A DNA stretch of 32,000 bases from an uncultured archaeon (lineage in GTDB: Archaea; Asgardarchaeota; Thorarchaeia; Thorarchaeales; CAZPUN01). Where the stretch lies: NCBI GenBank assembly GCA_964589775.1, contig CAZPUN010000020.1:1-32000 (forward strand). Direction: 5' to 3'. The translations under genes were made by a program, and so were the position numbers. Under the pieces are notes generated by a model. That model did not search any database. It was not told the DNA's origin and saw nothing but the letters and a program-made list of their open reading frames with translations. Of this stretch, positions 1-8,653 are shown one piece after another; within the stretch, counting starts at the first letter, position 1; every line of letters starts with the position of its first letter.

Positions 1-480
1 TGCACGCTGTCTCATACCACCACTGAATTCGTGTGGATAGTTATTAAGACGCTCAGGATCTAATCCGACCATCTCAAAAAGACGCGCACAACGATCTAAT
101 GCCTCTTCGCGAGTAACATCCTCATGCAGTAAGATAGCCTCGGCAATCTGATCTCCAATTGGAAATACAGGATTAAGGGCATTCATAGCACCTTGGAATA
201 CAAGTGAGATATTCTTCCACCTAATCTGGCGAACTTCTTTTTCGCTCATGGCAGCGATATCTTCACCATTGAAGTATATATGGCCACCAACGATTCGTCC
301 AGCTGGAGGAAGAAGTCTCATGATTGAATATGCAGTTGTACTTTTACCACAACCGGATTCTCCTGCAAGACCTAGAGATTCACCACGGTCAAGAGTGAAT
401 GAAACTCCATCTACTGCCTTGACAGAGCCTTTCTGGGTAAAGTAATATACTTTTAAGTCTCGTAATTCTAGTAATGCCAT
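1..480 (-). CDS. dppD: Oligopeptide/dipeptide ABC transporter ATPase (5' part; runs off the window start)
   Basis: Not in the ORF track. Manual translation from ATG at 480: MALLELRDLKVYYFTQKGSVKAVDGVSFTLDRGESLGLAGESGCGKST...VFQGAMNALNPV...YPHEFSGGMRQRA (Walker A, Q-loop, signature). GGAGG RBS upstream. Confidence 0.95.
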   Translation of the reverse strand, partial: MALLELRDLKVYYFTQKGSVKAVDGVSFTLDRGESLGLAGESGCGKSTTAYSIMRLLPPAGRIVGGHIYFNGEDIAAMSEKEVRQIRWKNISLVFQGAMNALNPVFPIGDQIAEAILLHEDVTREEALDRCARLFEMVGLDPERLNNYPHEFSGGMRQRA

Positions 481-494
481 TTTTCTTCCTCCAT

Positions 495-2000
495 TTACCT
501 CCGCTTAAGTCTTGGATTAAGTATAGTATCTAATGTGTGGCCTATAAATGTAAATGACATTGATAGTAGGGTGATTGCAAGACCTGGGAAGATAACTAAC
601 CACCATGCACCAGCAAGGAATGCACCACCGCCCTTTGAGCCGGCAGATAGCATAAGTCCCCAGCTGGGTATGTACGGGTCAGTAAGACCAAGGAATGCAA
701 GACCCGATTCAGTTAGAATTGCAGCCACAACTCCAAGTGTAACATTTGCAAACAGAATCGGAGTAACATTTGGTAGAATGTGCCTGAATATGATATAAGT
801 ATCAGACGCACCAATCGCAAGTGCAGATTCTACATAAGCCTTTTGGCGTTCCGCAAGAACTTGCGACCGTATAATACGCGACGTTCCAGTCCATCCGAGA
901 ATCGCAATGACAACGATGATTGTCTGCACGGATCGCCCTAGATATACAGTAAGAACCATCATCAATGGCAGACCCGGAATAACCATTAAGAAGTCTACGA
1001 TTCTCATGGATATTTCATCAATAATACCGCCATAGTATCCTGAAACAAGACCTACAACAAGACCTACGAATGTAGATAATGCTGTAGCAAGAATACCTAC
1101 AGTAAGTGAAATACGACTACCGAAGATCAACTGCGAAGCAACATCTCCACCACTTTCTGTAGTACCTAACCAGCCATGATAGTATCCCCAGAAAGTGATA
1201 TCAGAATAATTAATATCAACAACAATATGACCCATTAAAGATGGGTTTACATTTCCAGTAATATTGATCGCGATAACATAATCAAATGTTGCAGGATGTT
1301 GCTCATCAATACCATTGAAGAGCCATGGTGTTTGAAGTACGTTTGTAATATATTTTCTAATACCCCACTCATATACATAGGGAGCACTAGACTGGAATAA
1401 CATTGCATAGTCATGACCTCGGGGGTCAATAGCATGGCCGTTTGGACCTACAAGATATGTTGTAATCTTAAAACCGGTGGTTACAAAAGTATCAGAAGTG
1501 TAATCACCTTCTAATAATACACGATAGGACACAGACATATTTACTTGTGCGGGTTCAATATGAGCCCAATCAAAAGTTGTTTTCAGATATATTGATGTAG
1601 TTGATGATGTGCCTATTGTATTATTATCATCAGTAAATTCCATATGGAAATAAGTTCCATTTGAAGAAGTTTGCCAGCTGGTAGATGCAAAACTTGAAGC
1701 ATCACCAGTCATGCCAACGGTCCAACCCTGACCATTGTTTTCAAAAGTTGGGTTTGCAACCATATTTTGCGTTGGGAAATAATGAGGATCAAAGCCACTT
1801 GTCCAAATTGGCGCTTCCAGAGGAGGACCTACCCTTGCTACAGGGCTAGGATTATCTGGAGCAATCCATGGAGCAAAAATGGCCATTCCAGTGAAGAATA
1901 AAAGTAACGCAATTCCTACAAGACCCATTTTGTGTTTTTTATATTCGTTCCAGAAATTTTTTAACGATTTTATATATCCTTTTTGCTTGCGCTGAGACAA
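495..2000 (-). CDS. dppC: Peptide ABC transporter permease DppC/OppC with large extracytoplasmic insertion
   Basis: HGWLGT..GGDV, GSRISLTVG, RIVDFLMVIPGLPL, EAA-type loop (YVESALAIGAS...RHILPN), LNPR end. TTG start with GGAGGT RBS. Confidence 0.93.
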   Translation of the reverse strand: MSQRKQKGYIKSLKNFWNEYKKHKMGLVGIALLLFFTGMAIFAPWIAPDNPSPVARVGPPLEAPIWTSGFDPHYFPTQNMVANPTFENNGQGWTVGMTGDASSFASTSWQTSSNGTYFHMEFTDDNNTIGTSSTTSIYLKTTFDWAHIEPAQVNMSVSYRVLLEGDYTSDTFVTTGFKITTYLVGPNGHAIDPRGHDYAMLFQSSAPYVYEWGIRKYITNVLQTPWLFNGIDEQHPATFDYVIAINITGNVNPSLMGHIVVDINYSDITFWGYYHGWLGTTESGGDVASQLIFGSRISLTVGILATALSTFVGLVVGLVSGYYGGIIDEISMRIVDFLMVIPGLPLMMVLTVYLGRSVQTIIVVIAILGWTGTSRIIRSQVLAERQKAYVESALAIGASDTYIIFRHILPNVTPILFANVTLGVVAAILTESGLAFLGLTDPYIPSWGLMLSAGSKGGGAFLAGAWWLVIFPGLAITLLSMSFTFIGHTLDTILNPRLKRR

Positions 2001-2153
2001 GTCTGGATGACCTCCATTTTATTACCATAAGCAAGATTATCTGTGCTTTTTCTAATCAATGTGATTGATAGGAAGACTACTAAAAAAGCTTTCCTTCACA
2101 GCGATTTAAAAGAATAAAAATAAATAAATTATACGGTTACATTTTAATCAGCT

Positions 2154-2420
2154 TCAGAGATCTTCCCACTCTGACTCCTCTTTTTCTTTCATTGACTTAA
2201 AATATGATTCGAATGCTCTTGCTGAACCGTAAAGCCATGCAAATACGGTGCATACCATAATGGCTAGAAATAGAATTACTGTACTCCATAATCCAAATAC
2301 GGATGCTCCTGTCAAATAGAATAATGCATAGAGAATGAATCCTAAAATAAATATCGAAATTACCAGAATAGCGCCTCTTTTATCAAAAACTATTCTAACC
2401 ATCTTTTCATCATTTTTCAA
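2154..2420 (-). CDS. Small two-TM membrane protein, unknown function
   Basis: 88 aa, two hydrophobic helices, acidic C-tail. TTG start preceded by GGGAGGT. Co-oriented between dppB and dppC. Confidence 0.75.
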   Translation of the reverse strand: MKNDEKMVRIVFDKRGAILVISIFILGFILYALFYLTGASVFGLWSTVILFLAIMVCTVFAWLYGSARAFESYFKSMKEKEESEWEDL

Positions 2421-2440
2421 TGAATTTACCTCCCTATATA

Positions 2441-2470
2441 AAAATAAAAAAGGGGAACGATTATCTCCCC
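2441..2470 (-). terminator. Hairpin + U-tract terminator-like element right after dppB
   Basis: Minus strand reads GGGGA-GATAATCGT-TCCCC followed by TTTTTTATTTTT. Confidence 0.55.
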
Positions 2471-2471
2471 A

Positions 2472-3476
2472 TTAGCTATATTTAATTCTTGGATCTAGCA
2501 CACCATAAAGAAGGTCTGCTGCAAAGTTTGCAAGAACTGTCAGAATTGACATTATGAAGAAAATTGCTTGTACGACAGGATAGTCAAGCAATACTAATGA
2601 ATCAAAGATATATCGACCGAGACCATACCAGTTGAATACAGTTTCGGTAAGTGTTGCACCACCAACTAATCCTGCAATTGTCAATGCAATTATAGTTACC
2701 ATTGGGAGCATAGCATTCTTCATGGCATGCTTATAAAGCACAGTGTGTTCATCCAGACCTTTAGCGCGAGCTGTAAGGATATAATCCTCGGTCATGACAT
2801 CGATAAGATTACTTCGCATATATAGGAAGTATCCACCAAATCCACCAATACCCAATGCTGTTGCTGGCAATGTAAGATGCCATAATACATCCAAAGCAAA
2901 CAAGAGTGGGTTTGACGGAGGTGGCTTAGACATAGTTCCAAATAGTGGAAAGAGCGGAATATAATATCCAAAAATCATCAATAACATAAGACCAAACCAA
3001 AATATTGGCAGCGAATACAAGAATAGACTGACTGTAATAGCTGCGACATCTCCTTTAGAACCTGGATTTCGCGCGACACGCACTCCTAGCCAGATACCTA
3101 ATGAGATTGAAATTAATGCAGCAGTACCCATAAGTAGAAGGGTGTTTGGTAGTCTCCACATAATTTCATCAATTACAAGGTTTTTGCTGTAAATTGATCT
3201 CCCGAAATTACCACTGAGCGTATTTCTCATGTAAAGCACAAACATCCAGATCCAATCAGCTGCTGTTGGATTCTGGACAAGACCGAAGTCTCGGTACAAT
3301 TGTGCAATTTTTTCGGGATTTAGATTTTCTTTGAGACCACCTATCATTAGGTTAACTGGCGTAATACCGAACATGAATGATGCAATTCTGAACATAAAGA
3401 AGTTGAAGGCTGTGACTATGATAATTAGGTAGAACAGGTAGACACTACGCCTTATGACATATTCTCTTAATCCCAT
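2472..3476 (-). CDS. dppB: Peptide ABC transporter permease DppB/OppB
   Basis: GNFGRSI, RLPNTLLL, EDYILTARAKGL...KHAMKNA, ETVFNWYGLG, DYPVVQA, ADLLYGVLDPRI. Confidence 0.96.
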   Translation of the reverse strand: MGLREYVIRRSVYLFYLIIIVTAFNFFMFRIASFMFGITPVNLMIGGLKENLNPEKIAQLYRDFGLVQNPTAADWIWMFVLYMRNTLSGNFGRSIYSKNLVIDEIMWRLPNTLLLMGTAALISISLGIWLGVRVARNPGSKGDVAAITVSLFLYSLPIFWFGLMLLMIFGYYIPLFPLFGTMSKPPPSNPLLFALDVLWHLTLPATALGIGGFGGYFLYMRSNLIDVMTEDYILTARAKGLDEHTVLYKHAMKNAMLPMVTIIALTIAGLVGGATLTETVFNWYGLGRYIFDSLVLLDYPVVQAIFFIMSILTVLANFAADLLYGVLDPRIKYS

Positions 3477-3620
3477 TTTTTCAACCTCGATAGAGTTGAG
3501 TAATTACATGAAAAAGATAAAATCAATAAAATATAAGAATACTGTTTAACCAACTCTTTAACAGTTAAGAAAAGTACGATAACGAAAGAAAATCACATCT
3601 TTCAATTTGAGGCGGAATAG

Positions 3621-4175
3621 ATGAAGTATATTATTGCAATTACTGGAGCCAGTGGCGCAATTTATGCTATTAAATTGATCGAATTTCTCAACAATAAAGC
3701 TGAAATACACCTAATATTATCAGAAGGCGCTAAAAGTATCATAAAACAGGAAATGAATATGACAGTCGATTCGTTAAAGAGAAACGTGCACAAGATATAC
3801 AACAATGAAAATCTTACAGCTGCACTTGCCAGCGGAACATTTGCACATGATGGTATGGTAATAATTCCAGCTTCTATGAAAACTATTGCTGCACTTGCAC
3901 ACGGATACGCATCCAATTTAATTACTCGAGCTGCTGATTGTACATTAAAAGAAAATAGATTATTAATTGTGGTTCCACGTGAAAGCCCACTTAATTTAAT
4001 TCATTTACGAAACCTTACACTCTTGAAAGAAGCTGGTGCAATCATCATGCCGGCATCTCCGGCATTTTGGCACAATCCAAAAACTATTGATGAATTAGTA
4101 GAAGCATTCGTGCAGAGAGTTGCAGAAAAATTAGGGATAACTAGTGCAGAAATGGTTAGATGGAAAGGAGAATAA
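3621..4175 (+). CDS. ubiX: Flavin prenyltransferase UbiX/Pad1
   Basis: ITGASGAIY, ASG, PASMKTIA, NLITRAADCTLKE.R, VPRESPL, PASPAFW..P motifs. Confidence 0.96.
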   Translation: MKYIIAITGASGAIYAIKLIEFLNNKAEIHLILSEGAKSIIKQEMNMTVDSLKRNVHKIYNNENLTAALASGTFAHDGMVIIPASMKTIAALAHGYASNLITRAADCTLKENRLLIVVPRESPLNLIHLRNLTLLKEAGAIIMPASPAFWHNPKTIDELVEAFVQRVAEKLGITSAEMVRWKGE

Positions 4176-4179
4176 GATA

Positions 4180-5406
4180 ATGTATTTAACAAAAGAAGAA
4201 GAACAGATCTTAGATGGCGAATTTGGTTGGGCATTGCAAAAAGCCATAAAATTACTTATTAAAATAGGAGAAATTTATGGGGCTGAAAGACTTATACCGA
4301 TCAAGAAATCACAGGTTGCGGGGGTATCCTACAAAACTAGTGGTGACCCCACATTGAATTTAATTAAAGACATTGCAAAATCTGGAGTAAAGGTGCGAAC
4401 TACCGCCTCACTTAACCCTGCGGGAATGCCTCTTGAAGGTTGGGAAGAACTTCACATTCCGGAAGATTTTGCCCGAAAACAAATCGAACTAATTAACGCA
4501 TATGCAAAATTAGGAATTAAAACTTGGTGCACCTGCACGCCATATTATATGAATGAGAACCGCCCAGAATATGGAGAAGTTGTTGGATTTTCAGAATCAA
4601 GTGCAATTGCATTTGTAAATTCCGTAATTGGTGCAAGGACAAATCGACATGGAGGGCTTGATGCATTATCTGCAGCTCTTGTCGGAAGAGTACCTGAAAT
4701 GGGACTCGTTATAAAAGAAAATAGATTCCCAAATCTGATTGTAAATGTGGAACATGAAATGAAATCTCAAATCGATTTTGCAATTTTAGGCGGAATTATT
4801 GGAAAATATATATCCGCACAGGGAATGGCAGGTACAATTCCATACTATAAGGGAATTAAAATCAATAATGAAGATTATCTTAAGACTCTTGGAGCAGCTT
4901 CTGCAGCTACAGGATCCGTAGCACTATATCATGTTGAAAATATTACTGCGGAAGTACAGAGAGGATTCCTGAAAGATTTTGACTTCACGCGAATTGAGAG
5001 GGTCACAATCAGTGATTCGGACTTTAAGAAATACATTGACGAATTTGAACATATTGAAAAACCAGATCTTGTTTCTTTTGGATGCCCACATTATTCAATC
5101 AAAGAAATAGAACATGTTGTAAATTATGTCGGAAATAGAAAAGCCACCACAAAGTTCTGGATTTCGGTAGCACCTCAAGTTTTACGAAAAGCGATCGAAT
5201 TAGGATATAAAGAGAAATTAGATGCGGCAAATATTAAGCTAATTCCAAATACATGTGTAGTAGTAGCACCTGTAGAAAAATTAGGAATACGATATGTTCT
5301 TACAAACTCAGCAAAAGCTGCAGAATATATTCCGAAGCTATCCAAGAATTACCTAAGAGTAGAACTCGCAAGCACTGAAGAATGTATAGACATTGTATGT
5401 AAATAA
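4180..5406 (+). CDS. Aconitase X catalytic subunit (probable phosphomevalonate dehydratase large subunit)
   Basis: Start moved to ATG 4180 (MYLTKEEEQILDGEFG, typical AcnX N-terminus). GVSYK, LNPAG, CTCTPY, SESSA..FVNSVIGARTN, GCPH, TCVVV, TNSAKAA; three Fe-S Cys ligands. Directly follows ubiX. Confidence 0.88.
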   Translation: MYLTKEEEQILDGEFGWALQKAIKLLIKIGEIYGAERLIPIKKSQVAGVSYKTSGDPTLNLIKDIAKSGVKVRTTASLNPAGMPLEGWEELHIPEDFARKQIELINAYAKLGIKTWCTCTPYYMNENRPEYGEVVGFSESSAIAFVNSVIGARTNRHGGLDALSAALVGRVPEMGLVIKENRFPNLIVNVEHEMKSQIDFAILGGIIGKYISAQGMAGTIPYYKGIKINNEDYLKTLGAASAATGSVALYHVENITAEVQRGFLKDFDFTRIERVTISDSDFKKYIDEFEHIEKPDLVSFGCPHYSIKEIEHVVNYVGNRKATTKFWISVAPQVLRKAIELGYKEKLDAANIKLIPNTCVVVAPVEKLGIRYVLTNSAKAAEYIPKLSKNYLRVELASTEECIDIVCK

Positions 5407-5421
5407 GAGAGCATTGCTCTC
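5407..5421. terminator. Perfect palindrome between convergent genes (possible bidirectional terminator)
   Basis: GAGAGCA-T-TGCTCTC fills most of the 18-nt gap between the two stop codons. Confidence 0.45.
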
Positions 5422-5424
5422 ATT

Positions 5425-7743
5425 CTATTTCAAATAAAGACCCAGCGTTAGAATTGCCCCGCAATACGCACATTTTACTGGACGCCCGGAATGTAGTTTT
5501 TCAACATCAAGTTCAGACAAATTACCACCGCAATACAAGCAAGTCCAAGCATCGATACTTTCACCAAGTTCATCAATAGTTATGGGCAACATAGCAACAT
5601 CTTCGCCAACTGCTTCCACATCAACTTTTGTAGAAGAACCGGTTGCGGGTCCAGAAATGGTTATGACGATACCTACAGGCTTCCCAGTATTCTTTCCTTG
5701 TGCATAACCACGTATTATGCCTACATAATCGCCACCTGCTTCTCGCTCTTCGGTACTGATTATGTGAAAGTTTTTAGTAGGCAACAGAGCTTCAGTCTTA
5801 GTAAAAAGCACTCGAGCATTCCAATCCACCATTACACTTTCGCCAAGCTTGTTTAGATTCTGAATAATTTGATTAAATTCATCCACGGTCTTTTCAACAG
5901 GTCTTAGTAATTCGCATACTGAACGAATAACATATGGGTCTAGCTCGATTGTATGTAGTTCGTCCTTATAATCCATATAACTAACGACTGCAACAATCTT
6001 GCCCTCTACACAATCCTTAGTCGGGAAGAATTCAAATAGTAATCCCCGCATGCCCCCAACTTCAATACGATTTATCGTTCGCATTTTCTCATCTTTAAGG
6101 CTGAGAGATTCTTCAGGATAAGCTACAATAGATGCTGTGACATTTGTAATAACATAAGGGCTTTTGTTGAATATTTTAATTTTATAATCGAATTTTCCGC
6201 CGACAAGTTGTAGACTTTGTGATACGAAAACTTTCTCAGTATCTTTAGGATAATAATCTTCAATTTTAGGAGTGGATAAATCTGGAGTTTTTTCAATAGG
6301 TGTAATTTCTTCAGGAGTTTCGGTTTCTACTTTTTCTTCTTTCTCTCGTTCAGATAATATTGATTTATCAATAAGTTCTTCATGCTCCTTATCAACCTCA
6401 CTAACTAACTCCTTCATTGATATTGGAACTGATGCCTTAAATTCACCACAAACCGTACAAATCAATCGTAGTTCAAGATGACCTCCGGATTCTTTAATTT
6501 CAACAGCATCTAGAGGCTTACCACATTTAGGGCATGTCATAATACGTTTAATTAGATCTTTTTTAGAAACATCATCAAGGTCTTTCGAAAAATATCGCTT
6601 GCCCTTATGGCCATTACTACAGAATACTGATACTTCAATAAGGCTTTTTTCTTCAGATATATTACTGATGCTTAAAGGTTGACTGCATACTGGGCAAGTC
6701 ATAGATCGAGCTATACGTTCAAGATGGTCTGTGCGATTATTTACATCAAATATTGCAGGTAATAATATCGAAGGAATTTTTCTTCGAATTTGCTTGTGAA
6801 TAGGGCAAGATAAAGTGATATCAACATCATTCCCATGAGATTTATAATCTGAAATAATTAGCGAATTCCAACAATATGGACAAATCATAAAGTGCTTTGC
6901 AATTGATTCATATATTTTAGGCGATGAATCTACTGGAAGAATCCTACGTACATTATGATGATTCTCACAAACTCCAGAAACTCGAATTGCACCTTTTTTC
7001 ACAGAAATATTTTTAATAGCAATATCGGAGCCACATTTTTTGCATCGAAATATATCATCAATAAATTCAGAATCATCTATCGAACGACCAATAGATTCGG
7101 CTAAAGCAACCAAATCGGAAGGAATTTTTTTCTTAAATAATCCATGCTTAGGACAATTTAATATTAATTCGGATTCGTCATCACCTTTACGAATATCTAC
7201 TAATTGCGAAGGCATGCCACAGGAGTTATGATAGAATATCTGTCGCAAAACAAATTTGAGTGTATTTTCAGATACATTCTTGCTAATGAACCTTTCCAAG
7301 ACCTGTCGATTGTGAAGTACTATAAGATGATAGTATGAATTCTTTTCGCGAATATCTCTGACAATAAAGGGGCGTGAAGAACCAAAGGGTGTGAAGCTCT
7401 CAATGATACTAGTATCCGGATCCATAGATGCAAAAACAAAATTTAACATGGGGATTATGCTTTCCGGAACATCTTTCTCAACTGGACCATGAATCGGGCA
7501 TAAGAGGTGTATTTCACTATTACGACCTTTTCTAGCCCCAATAAAATCCATTGTCTTGCCGCATTTTTCACATAAGAATAAACCTTTCATAACTTCATTA
7601 AGAACTTCAGTTTTAGTATCACGGCTAAGTTGTCGCTTTGCAAAATGACCATTTAAGCATATAGTCTCAAATTGTAATACATTTCCCTTTATTCTGATTT
7701 TGCGAATTGAAATCGGTGAATCACAGATATGACACTTTAATAT
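5425..7743 (-). CDS. Multi-zinc-ribbon repeat protein (8 repeats) + acidic linker + Ig-like/platform module + C-terminal C4 zinc finger
   Basis: The track starts at 7590, but the frame stays open upstream to TAG at 7758-7756 and encodes another full repeat (ILKCHIC...CLNGH). AGGAGG lies 8 nt before ATA at 7743. Repeats are CxxC-x~20-CxxH/CxxxH. Confidence 0.85.
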   Translation of the reverse strand: MLKCHICDSPISIRKIRIKGNVLQFETICLNGHFAKRQLSRDTKTEVLNEVMKGLFLCEKCGKTMDFIGARKGRNSEIHLLCPIHGPVEKDVPESIIPMLNFVFASMDPDTSIIESFTPFGSSRPFIVRDIREKNSYYHLIVLHNRQVLERFISKNVSENTLKFVLRQIFYHNSCGMPSQLVDIRKGDDESELILNCPKHGLFKKKIPSDLVALAESIGRSIDDSEFIDDIFRCKKCGSDIAIKNISVKKGAIRVSGVCENHHNVRRILPVDSSPKIYESIAKHFMICPYCWNSLIISDYKSHGNDVDITLSCPIHKQIRRKIPSILLPAIFDVNNRTDHLERIARSMTCPVCSQPLSISNISEEKSLIEVSVFCSNGHKGKRYFSKDLDDVSKKDLIKRIMTCPKCGKPLDAVEIKESGGHLELRLICTVCGEFKASVPISMKELVSEVDKEHEELIDKSILSEREKEEKVETETPEEITPIEKTPDLSTPKIEDYYPKDTEKVFVSQSLQLVGGKFDYKIKIFNKSPYVITNVTASIVAYPEESLSLKDEKMRTINRIEVGGMRGLLFEFFPTKDCVEGKIVAVVSYMDYKDELHTIELDPYVIRSVCELLRPVEKTVDEFNQIIQNLNKLGESVMVDWNARVLFTKTEALLPTKNFHIISTEEREAGGDYVGIIRGYAQGKNTGKPVGIVITISGPATGSSTKVDVEAVGEDVAMLPITIDELGESIDAWTCLYCGGNLSELDVEKLHSGRPVKCAYCGAILTLGLYLK

Positions 7744-7840
7744 TTTGGTGGCCTCCTACAAAGTTACATAAATATATGACGAAAAAATAAAATAATACTT
7801 TGCTCTAGTGCATTAGTTGTAAATTAAAATGGTGACTATC

Positions 7841-8650
7841 ATGAGCAATGAAATCACAATTGGATTTATTCAAATGGAAGTCGAAGATGGAAATCGAAAA
7901 AAGAATTTCGAAATGGCAAAAAGAAAAATAACAGAATTAACCACCGATAAAGATCTGGACTTAATAGTACTTCCAGAATTATTTGATACGGGCTTTGCGT
8001 ATGAAAAATATATGGATCTGGATGCAGAATTACCAGGTGAAACAACCGAGTTTCTTTCAAAACTAGCTCAAGATAATTACTCGTATATTGTCACCACAAC
8101 GATTGAAAAAGCTGATTTTGGAAAATATTATAATACCGCAGTACTCATAAATAGGGATGGAAAAATTATAGGAGTATACCGAAAAGTTCATCCATTTCAA
8201 GATGAAAAACAATATTTTGAACCAGGAACTGAACTGACAGTTTTTAGAACAGAAATTGGAAGTATAGGTATTGAAATATGCTATGATTTGAGATTCCCAG
8301 AAGTTGCAAGGTCTCTAGCACTTGCAAATATTGATATATTGATAACTCCGGCATCATTTCCATTTCCCAGACAGTCCCACTGGGACATATTAACAGTTGC
8401 GAGAGCAATAGAAAACCAAATATTTCATGTTGCAGTCAATAGAGTGGGCTCGGGAATTGATAAAGAATATTTTGGACATAGTAAAATTATAGACCCATGG
8501 GGAAATATCATTGTAGGTGCATCCGAGTCACCACGAATATCAGCAATTGATGTAGATTTAGATATGATAAAAGAAGTAAGAGACCAAATTACATGTTTTG
8601 AAGATAGAAAGAATATTGCTTATTCAAAGATTTTTGTAGCAGATGAATAG
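7841..8650 (+). CDS. Carbon-nitrogen hydrolase (nitrilase superfamily, omega-amidase-like)
   Basis: Catalytic triad motifs LPELF, YRKVH, ICYDLRFPE; ARAIENQ; GHSKIIDPWG. GGTGA RBS favours ATG 7841. Confidence 0.93.
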   Translation: MSNEITIGFIQMEVEDGNRKKNFEMAKRKITELTTDKDLDLIVLPELFDTGFAYEKYMDLDAELPGETTEFLSKLAQDNYSYIVTTTIEKADFGKYYNTAVLINRDGKIIGVYRKVHPFQDEKQYFEPGTELTVFRTEIGSIGIEICYDLRFPEVARSLALANIDILITPASFPFPRQSHWDILTVARAIENQIFHVAVNRVGSGIDKEYFGHSKIIDPWGNIIVGASESPRISAIDVDLDMIKEVRDQITCFEDRKNIAYSKIFVADE

Positions 8651-8653
8651 AAA

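Noticed and set aside
248-798. Plus-strand ORFs 248-445 and 535-798
   Set aside because: Antisense shadows of dppD and dppC.
2136-2142. GTTACAT heptamer recurring in intergenic DNA (also 7763, 11849 reverse, 30934)
   Set aside because: Short, found post hoc, with inconsistent position relative to starts; cannot be distinguished from chance without a genome-wide test.
4144-4179. N-terminal extension of the AcnX ORF from GTG 4144
   Set aside because: Overlaps ubiX; the family-typical start MYLT with an upstream GGAG is at 4180.
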